From the NCBI RefSeq assembly GCF_054482595.1, contig NZ_CM137008.1: a stretch of 64,000 nucleotides of DNA. One strand, 5' to 3'. The notes under the pieces are model-generated. The model was not told the origin of the DNA, made no database searches, and was given only the letters and a program-made list of their open reading frames with translations. Numbering within the stretch: position 1 is the first letter of the stretch; the number at the start of each line of letters is the position of its first letter. A program made the translations under genes and the position numbers. Positions 57,749 to 64,000 of the stretch are shown here, piece after piece.

Positions 57749-58030
57749 ATGAATAAGTATTGGCTGTCAGGAATTATTTTTCTTGCCTATGGATTGGCTT
57801 CTCCCGCGTTCTCTTCAGAGACTGCCACATTAACGATTAATGGCAGGATCAGTCCCCCAACATGCAGTATGGCTATGGTTAATAGTCAACCTCAACAGCA
57901 TTGTGGTCAGTTAACGTATAATGTCGATACCCGTCATCAGGTTTCTTCGCCCGTCAAAGGTGTAACGACAGAAGTGGTTGTTGCAGGTAGTGATAGCAAA
58001 CGTCGAATCGTGTTAAATCGCTACGATTAA
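57749..58030 (+). CDS. yehE: DUF2574-family secreted protein preceding yeh fimbrial genes
   Basis: 93-aa ORF with signal peptide (…LASPAFS/SE). Confidence 0.8.
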   Translation: MNKYWLSGIIFLAYGLASPAFSSETATLTINGRISPPTCSMAMVNSQPQQHCGQLTYNVDTRHQVSSPVKGVTTEVVVAGSDSKRRIVLNRYD

Positions 58031-58322
58031 TTTGGCAACCTGATTTTAATTGCATTTAGAAAGCCGAAATCATTTATATAAATGATTTCGGCTTTTTTAT
58101 TGATATCAACAATACCATTTACATAAATCTACATTAATTAATAGATGCGATAAATATTTAATGCTCTTAAGCATTTGTTGTAATTATATTGCAATGGTTA
58201 ATTTGTTTTAAATCAATAAAACAATATGTTTACATTGCGGTAACTTTTTTGATGTGAGAAATTTGTTTCCAAGAGATACAGACTCTTAACAACCAAAAAT
58301 AAATTTTATTAAGGAACATATT

Positions 58323-58865
58323 ATGAAACATTCAATCATTGCTGCCGCTGTCTTTTCTTCTTTTTTTATGAGCGCTGGAGTATTTGCTGCAGACGTTGAT
58401 ACCGGAACATTAACCATTAAAGGAAATATTGCAGAATCTCCGTGTAAATTCGAAGCGGGTGGTGATTCAGTAAGTATTAATATGCCAACTGTACCAACCA
58501 CTGTCTTTGAAGGTAAAGCTAAATATTCTACCTATGATGATGCAGTCGGTGTAACCAGCAGCATGTTAAAAATTAGCTGCCCGAAAGAAGTTGCTGGTGT
58601 AAAACTCTCGTTGATTACCAACGATAAAATAACTGGTAACGATAAGGCGATAGCCAGTAGCAACGATACTGTGGGTTACTATCTCTATTTAGGTGATAAC
58701 AGCGATGTCCTGGATGTTTCTGCACCTTTTAATATTGAGAGTTATAAAACAGCGGAAGGTCAATATGCTATTCCGTTTAAAGCAAAATACCTGAAACTGA
58801 CAGATAACTCAGTGCAATCAGGTGATGTATTATCTTCTCTGGTTATGCGTGTGGCGCAGGATTAA
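58323..58865 (+). CDS. yehD: Fimbrial major subunit (chaperone-usher pathway)
   Basis: 180-aa ORF with signal peptide, single Cys pair and C-terminal beta-strand typical of fimbrial subunits. Confidence 0.85.
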   Translation: MKHSIIAAAVFSSFFMSAGVFAADVDTGTLTIKGNIAESPCKFEAGGDSVSINMPTVPTTVFEGKAKYSTYDDAVGVTSSMLKISCPKEVAGVKLSLITNDKITGNDKAIASSNDTVGYYLYLGDNSDVLDVSAPFNIESYKTAEGQYAIPFKAKYLKLTDNSVQSGDVLSSLVMRVAQD

Positions 58866-58945
58866 TAAATAAAATTGCAAGTTTCTCCAGGTAATAAACA
58901 TGGCCGCTATCCCCATGGCGGCTTTTTAATTTAAGAGGCATTAAA

Positions 58946-59620
58946 ATGAAAGGATTATCATCTTTACTCATTTTTTCTATGGTCCTTCCTGCACATGCCG
59001 GAATTGTTATCTACGGGACGCGCATTATTTACCCGGCAGAAAATAAAGAAGTGATGGTGCAGTTGATGAACCAGGGAAACCGTTCTTCGCTGCTGCAGGC
59101 GTGGATTGATGATGGCGATACGTCATTACCACCAGAAAAAATTCAGGTTCCTTTCATGTTAACGCCACCAGTGGCAAAAATAGGGGCAAATTCCGGGCAG
59201 CAAGTAAAAATCAAAATTATGCCGAATAAACTGCCCACTAATAAAGAAAGCATTTTTTATCTGAATGTTCTGGATATTCCACCAAATAGTCCAGAACAAG
59301 AAGGTAAGAATGCACTGAAGTTTGCGATGCAAAACAGAATCAAATTGTTTTACCGGCCGGCGGGTATTGCTCCGGTAAATAAAGCGACCTTTAAAAAGTT
59401 ACTGGTAAATCGCAGTGGCAATGGATTGGTGATAAAAAATGACTCAGCTAATTGGGTGACGATTTCGGATGTCAAAGCTAATAATGTCAAAGTCAATTAT
59501 GAAACTATTATGATTGCCCCCTTAGAAAGTCAGAGTGTTAATGTCAAAAGTAATAATGCAAATAACTGGCATCTGACCATTATCGATGACCATGGCAACT
59601 ATATTAGTGACAAAATTTAA
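58946..59620 (+). CDS. yehC: Periplasmic fimbrial chaperone (PapD-like)
   Basis: 224-aa ORF with signal peptide; AAGAGG SD 7 nt upstream; an in-frame upstream extension has no ATG before the stop in this strain. Confidence 0.85.
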   Translation: MKGLSSLLIFSMVLPAHAGIVIYGTRIIYPAENKEVMVQLMNQGNRSSLLQAWIDDGDTSLPPEKIQVPFMLTPPVAKIGANSGQQVKIKIMPNKLPTNKESIFYLNVLDIPPNSPEQEGKNALKFAMQNRIKLFYRPAGIAPVNKATFKKLLVNRSGNGLVIKNDSANWVTISDVKANNVKVNYETIMIAPLESQSVNVKSNNANNWHLTIIDDHGNYISDKI

Positions 59621-59635
59621 TTGCAGGAACTGCCT

Positions 59636-62116
59636 ATGTTGAGAATGACCCCACTTGCATCAGCAATCGTAGCGTTATTGCTCGGCATTGAAGCTTATGC
59701 AGCTGAAGAAACCTTTGATACCCATTTTATGATAGGTGGAATGAAAGACCAGCAGGTTGCAAATATTCGTCTTGATGATAATCAACCCTTGCCGGGGCAG
59801 TATGACATCGATATTTATGTCAATAAGCAATGGCACGGGAAATATGAGATCATTGTTAAAGACAACCCGCAAGAAACATGTTTATCAAGGGAAATTATCA
59901 AGCGGTTAGGCATTAATAGCGATAACTTCGCCAGCGGTAAGCAATGTTTAACATTTGAGCAACTTGTTCAGGGTGGGAGCTATACCTGGGATATCGGGGT
60001 TTTTCGTCTCGATTTCAGTGTCCCGCAGGCCTGGGTGGAAGAACTGGAAAGTGGCTATGTTCCACCGGAAAACTGGGAGCGGGGTATTAATGCGTTTTAT
60101 ACCTCTTATTATGTGAGTCAGTATTACAGTGACTATAAAGCGTCGGGTAATAGTAAGAGTACATATGTACGTTTTAACAGCGGGTTAAATTTACTGGGGT
60201 GGCAACTGCATTCTGATGCCAGTTTCAGTAAAACAAATAACAATCCAGGGGCGTGGAAAAGCAATACCCTGTATCTGGAACGTGGATTTGCCCAACTTCT
60301 CGGCACGCTTCGCGTGGGTGATATGTACACATCAAGCGATATTTTTGATTCTGTTCGCTTCAGAGGTGTGCGGTTGTTTCGTGATATGCAGATGTTGCCT
60401 AACTCGAAACAAAATTTTACGCCACGGGTGCAGGGGATTGCTCAGAGTAACGCGCTGGTAACTATTGAACAGAACGGTTTTGTGGTTTATCAGAAAGAGG
60501 TTCCCCCTGGCCCGTTTGCAATTACAGATTTGCAGTTGGCCGGTGGTGGAGCAGATCTTGATGTCAGCGTGAAAGAGGCGGACGGTTCGGTAACCACCTA
60601 TCTGGTGCCTTATGCAGCCGTGCCAAATATGCTGCAACCCGGCGTGTCGAAATATGATTTTGCGGCGGGTCGTAGCCATATTGAAGGGGCGAGCAAACAA
60701 AGTGATTTTGTCCAGGCGGGTTATCAGTATGGTTTTAATAACTTATTGACGCTGTATGGTGGCTCGATGGTCGCGAATAATTATTACGCGTTCACTTTGG
60801 GGACTGGCTGGAATACACGCATTGGTGCCATTTCCGTCGATGCCACGAAGTCGCATAGTAAACAAGACAACGGCGATGTGTTTGACGGGCAAAGTTATCA
60901 AATTGCCTACAACAAATTTGTGAGCCAAACGTCGACGCGTTTTGGTCTGGCGGCCTGGCGTTATTCGTCGCGTGACTACCGGACATTTAACGATCACGTT
61001 TGGGCAAACAATAAAGATAATTATCGCCGTGATGAAAACGATGTCTATGACATTGCCGATTATTACCAGAATGATTTTGGTCGCAAAAATAGCTTTTCCG
61101 CCAATATGAGCCAGTCATTGCCAGAAGGTTGGGGTTCTGTGTCATTAAGTACGTTATGGCGAGATTACTGGGGGCGTAGCGGCAGTAGTAAGGATTATCA
61201 GTTGAGTTATTCCAACAACCTGCGACGGATAAGCTATACCCTCGCGGCAAGCCAGGCTTATGACGAGAATCATCATGAAGAGAAACGTTTTAATATTTTT
61301 ATATCGATTCCCTTTGATTGGGGTGATGACGTTTCGACGCCTCGTCGGCAAATATATATGTCTAACTCAACGACGTTTGATGATCAGGGGGTTGCCTCAA
61401 ATAATACGGGATTATCAGGAACAGTAGGGAGTCGGGATCAGTTCAATTATGGTGTCAACCTGAGTCATCAACATCAGGGAAATGAAACGACAGCTGGAGC
61501 GAATTTAACCTGGAACGCGCCGGTGGCAACAGTGAATGGCAGTTATAGTCAGTCGAGTACTTATCGACAGGCTGGAGCCAGTGTTTCAGGGGGCATTGTC
61601 GCCTGGTCGGGTGGCGTTAATCTGGCGAACCGTCTTTCCGAAACGTTTGCTGTGATGAATGCGCCAGGAATTAAAGATGCTTATGTCAATGGGCAAAAAT
61701 ATCGCACAACAAACCGTAATGGAGTGGTGGTATACGACGGAATGACACCTTATCGGGAAAATCACCTGATGCTGGATGTGTCGCAAAGCGATAGCGAAGC
61801 AGAATTACGTGGCAACCGGAAAATTGCCGCCTCTTATCGCGGCGCGGTTGTACTGGTTAATTTTGATACCGATCAGCGCAAGCCCTGGTTTATAAAAGCG
61901 TTAAGAGCGGATGGGCAACCATTAACGTTTGGTTATGAAGTCAATGATATCCATGGTCATAATATTGGCGTTGTCGGCCAGGGAAGTCAGTTATTTATTC
62001 GCACCAATGAAGTACCGCCATCGGTTAATGTAGCAATTGATAAGCAACAAGGACTTTCATGCACAATCACCTTCGGTAAAGAGATTGATGAAAGTAGGAA
62101 TTATATTTGCCAGTAA
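59636..62116 (+). CDS. yehB: Outer-membrane fimbrial usher
   Basis: ATG at 59636 gives 826-aa usher-family protein (MLRMTPLASAIVALLLG…). Confidence 0.9.
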   Translation: MLRMTPLASAIVALLLGIEAYAAEETFDTHFMIGGMKDQQVANIRLDDNQPLPGQYDIDIYVNKQWHGKYEIIVKDNPQETCLSREIIKRLGINSDNFASGKQCLTFEQLVQGGSYTWDIGVFRLDFSVPQAWVEELESGYVPPENWERGINAFYTSYYVSQYYSDYKASGNSKSTYVRFNSGLNLLGWQLHSDASFSKTNNNPGAWKSNTLYLERGFAQLLGTLRVGDMYTSSDIFDSVRFRGVRLFRDMQMLPNSKQNFTPRVQGIAQSNALVTIEQNGFVVYQKEVPPGPFAITDLQLAGGGADLDVSVKEADGSVTTYLVPYAAVPNMLQPGVSKYDFAAGRSHIEGASKQSDFVQAGYQYGFNNLLTLYGGSMVANNYYAFTLGTGWNTRIGAISVDATKSHSKQDNGDVFDGQSYQIAYNKFVSQTSTRFGLAAWRYSSRDYRTFNDHVWANNKDNYRRDENDVYDIADYYQNDFGRKNSFSANMSQSLPEGWGSVSLSTLWRDYWGRSGSSKDYQLSYSNNLRRISYTLAASQAYDENHHEEKRFNIFISIPFDWGDDVSTPRRQIYMSNSTTFDDQGVASNNTGLSGTVGSRDQFNYGVNLSHQHQGNETTAGANLTWNAPVATVNGSYSQSSTYRQAGASVSGGIVAWSGGVNLANRLSETFAVMNAPGIKDAYVNGQKYRTTNRNGVVVYDGMTPYRENHLMLDVSQSDSEAELRGNRKIAASYRGAVVLVNFDTDQRKPWFIKALRADGQPLTFGYEVNDIHGHNIGVVGQGSQLFIRTNEVPPSVNVAIDKQQGLSCTITFGKEIDESRNYICQ

Positions 62117-62129
62117 TAGTCAGGTGGTT

Positions 62130-63164
62130 ATGAATATTCGTATAATGTTATTTATAGTAATGATGATGGTTATGCCTGTGAGTTATGCTGCATGTTATGG
62201 CGAGTTGTCAGCACAGCATAATTTGGTTGTTCAGGGGGATTTTGCGCTAACTCAAAATCAAACAGCAACTCATACATATACTTTTAATGATACTTCTTGC
62301 GTCAGTACTAATACAGTAGCGCAGATAGACCCCTCGGATATTGTGATTGGACTCTATAATGACACCATCAAACTTAAGTTGCATTTTGAATGGGAGAAAA
62401 AAGGTAGCATCACGCTTTCAAATAACCAAACTAGTTTTACGAGTGGATATAATGTCACTGTGACATCGGCAGCGAGCGATGCCATAGTGAATTTGTCTGG
62501 TGGGGGAAGTGGATCTCTCATGATTAACAGTGTCGCGACATTAAGCAGTGCTTCATCATCTACTCGTTTGGCTGCTTTTTTACAATTTGCAGGTTGTTTT
62601 CTAGGCGGCACCTCATGGGATATCTGTGTGCAAAACTATAAAAATGCATTATCAAAAAATGCAGGTGTCTATTCCTTTAATCTGGCATTGTCATATAACC
62701 CGATAACAACGACCTGCAAACCTGATGATTTATTAATTACTTTAGAGAGTATTCCAATTTTACAATTACCAACCACAGGTAACAAAGCAACAATAAATAG
62801 CAAAAAAGGGGATATTATTCTGCGCTGTAAAAATTTATTAGGTCAGCAGAATCAAACATCACGGAAAATGCAGGTGTATTTATCAAGTTCTGACTTGTTA
62901 ACCAACAGCAACACAATACTGAAAGGTGCGGAAGATAATGGCGTAGGATTTATTCTTGAAAGTAATGGTTCGCCAGTCACACTTTTAAATATCACTAACA
63001 GCAGTAAAGGATACACAAATTTAAAAGAAATTGCGGCAAAGTCAAAACTTACAGATACAACGGTTTCAATTCCGATAACAGCCAGTTACTACGTCTACGA
63101 TACAAACAAAGTTAAATCTGGCGCACTGGAGGCAACCGCACTAATCAACGTGAAATACGACTAA
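62130..63164 (+). CDS. yehA: Fimbrial adhesin-like / minor subunit
   Basis: ATG at 62130 gives 344-aa signal-peptide protein; track ORF starts upstream inside yehB. Confidence 0.8.
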   Translation: MNIRIMLFIVMMMVMPVSYAACYGELSAQHNLVVQGDFALTQNQTATHTYTFNDTSCVSTNTVAQIDPSDIVIGLYNDTIKLKLHFEWEKKGSITLSNNQTSFTSGYNVTVTSAASDAIVNLSGGGSGSLMINSVATLSSASSSTRLAAFLQFAGCFLGGTSWDICVQNYKNALSKNAGVYSFNLALSYNPITTTCKPDDLLITLESIPILQLPTTGNKATINSKKGDIILRCKNLLGQQNQTSRKMQVYLSSSDLLTNSNTILKGAEDNGVGFILESNGSPVTLLNITNSSKGYTNLKEIAAKSKLTDTTVSIPITASYYVYDTNKVKSGALEATALINVKYD

Positions 63165-63219
63165 TAACAAGCAAGACGAGCAAGTGGCTAATAATAAAAA
63201 ATAACAAGGTGTCTGCATT

Positions 63220-63247
63220 GCCCCCTCATGATGAGGGGGCTTTTTTT
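63220..63247. terminator. Bidirectional terminator between convergent yehA and rcnB
   Basis: gccccctcat/gatgagggggc perfect hairpin followed by TTTTTTT; A-rich on opposite side. Confidence 0.75.
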
Positions 63248-63584
63248 AGCGATGATAAAAAATCTCACCGTCGTAGGCTTTAATGATTTTACCGTCGGTG
63301 TCGCTGATCAACACGTACGCGCCACCCATATAGGTCCAGTGGGTTCCGGCGTCAGGTGCGGGCAGGTTACGTAACTGCCACTGCTTAATGTTGTACTCAT
63401 CGGTTCGGTACATCTCTGGGACGGTATCACCTGGTTTGAAATGCTTAAAGTCAGCAATGAAACTACTTAACTCATACTTAGAAATTCCCGAGGTATTGGT
63501 CGAACCCGCGGTGGCTGGTGCGGCCCAGGCGGCACTGGTAACCAGCAAAAGCGCACCCAGCAACATCTTATTTTTAATGGTCAT
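63246..63584 (-). CDS. rcnB: Periplasmic Ni/Co homeostasis protein RcnB (YohN)
   Basis: ATG at 63584 gives 112-aa signal-peptide protein MTIKNKMLLGALLLVTSAAWA…; track ORF extends upstream. Confidence 0.85.
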   Translation of the reverse strand: MTIKNKMLLGALLLVTSAAWAAPATAGSTNTSGISKYELSSFIADFKHFKPGDTVPEMYRTDEYNIKQWQLRNLPAPDAGTHWTYMGGAYVLISDTDGKIIKAYDGEIFYHR

Positions 63585-63802
63585 AAACTCTCCACTTTGG
63601 GGATCTGTAATATCAGTCGCATATCTTTCCTGCCATACAATATAACTGACAAGCGATATTTTGTTAGTGATCCCATGATTTCGTAAAAAGTGTAAATGAA
63701 AGGATGCCCTAAAAGCATCCTTAGCGAGCAGAGAGTCAGCGGAAATAGCTGATTTAAGAATCATCCTGGGCTGAAGATAACATGCAAGCCTAAAGGATTG
63801 AG

Positions 63803-64000
63803 TTATCGCATTATGCCCATGAATCCATGTACGCCCATATACACACCAACTAAGCCAATCAACAGACTGGAAAAATAGGGGGCGCGTTTAGCGAGAGTGT
63901 TAAATCCGCTCCAGCGTTTTGCGACCTGCTGAACGCTGATTGCTGCGCCAACGCCTACGGTGACAAGCGTTAACGCCAGGCCAATGCTGAAACTGACGAC
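63803..64000 (-). CDS. rcnA: Ni/Co efflux protein RcnA, C-terminal 65 codons (5' end beyond window)
   Basis: Reverse-strand translation from window edge: VVSFSIGLALTLVTVGVGAAISVQQVAKRWSGFNTLAKRAPYFSSLLIGLVGVYMGVHGFMGIMR*; recognised as RcnA C-terminus. Confidence 0.8.
   Translation of the reverse strand, partial: VVSFSIGLALTLVTVGVGAAISVQQVAKRWSGFNTLAKRAPYFSSLLIGLVGVYMGVHGFMGIMR

Noticed and set aside
57537-57752. 71-aa Cys-rich ORF upstream of yehE
   Set aside because: Lies in the AT-rich regulatory spacer, begins inside the apbC terminator region and has no SD; likely spurious, though a leader peptide cannot be excluded.

Overview
Enterobacterial chromosome, almost certainly Escherichia coli, running from the 3' part of cirA to the 3' end of rcnA. 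Gene content and order match the E. coli cirA-yeiG-folE-yeiB-galS-mglBAC-preAT-yeiS-sanA-cdd-yohKJ-dusC-yohP-mdtQ-yohF-yohD-yohC-pbpG-dld-bglX-osmF/yehYXW-yohO-mlrA-btsSR-yehS-yehR-yehQPML-yehK-yehI-molR-metG-apbC-yehEDCBA-rcnB-rcnA segment. It is not K-12: a tandem zorO/zorP-orzO/orzP type I toxin-antitoxin locus sits between yehL and yehK (as I recall for EHEC O157:H7), mdtQ is intact, and there are two intact molR-like giant genes. The window is mostly housekeeping and transport genes. The part most worth attention is the ~20 kb minus-strand block at 34.7-54.1 kb: a translationally coupled yehL-yehM-yehP-yehQ operon (MoxR-like AAA+ ATPase, unknown protein, vWA/MIDAS protein, double SWIM zinc-finger protein) followed by three tandem ~1200-1270 aa paralogs (yehI and two molR-like genes, two of them with an N-terminal WGR domain). 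To my knowledge none of these has an established function; together they look like one uncharacterised multi-component system. Nested in that block is the zor/orz locus, whose 29-codon toxin genes and antisense sRNAs are invisible to the ORF track. Two further small membrane-protein genes (yohP 27 aa, yohO 35 aa) are also missing from the track. No CRISPR array, rRNA, tRNA, IS element or integrase was found. All calls come from reading the sequence and recalled protein families; no database search was run.
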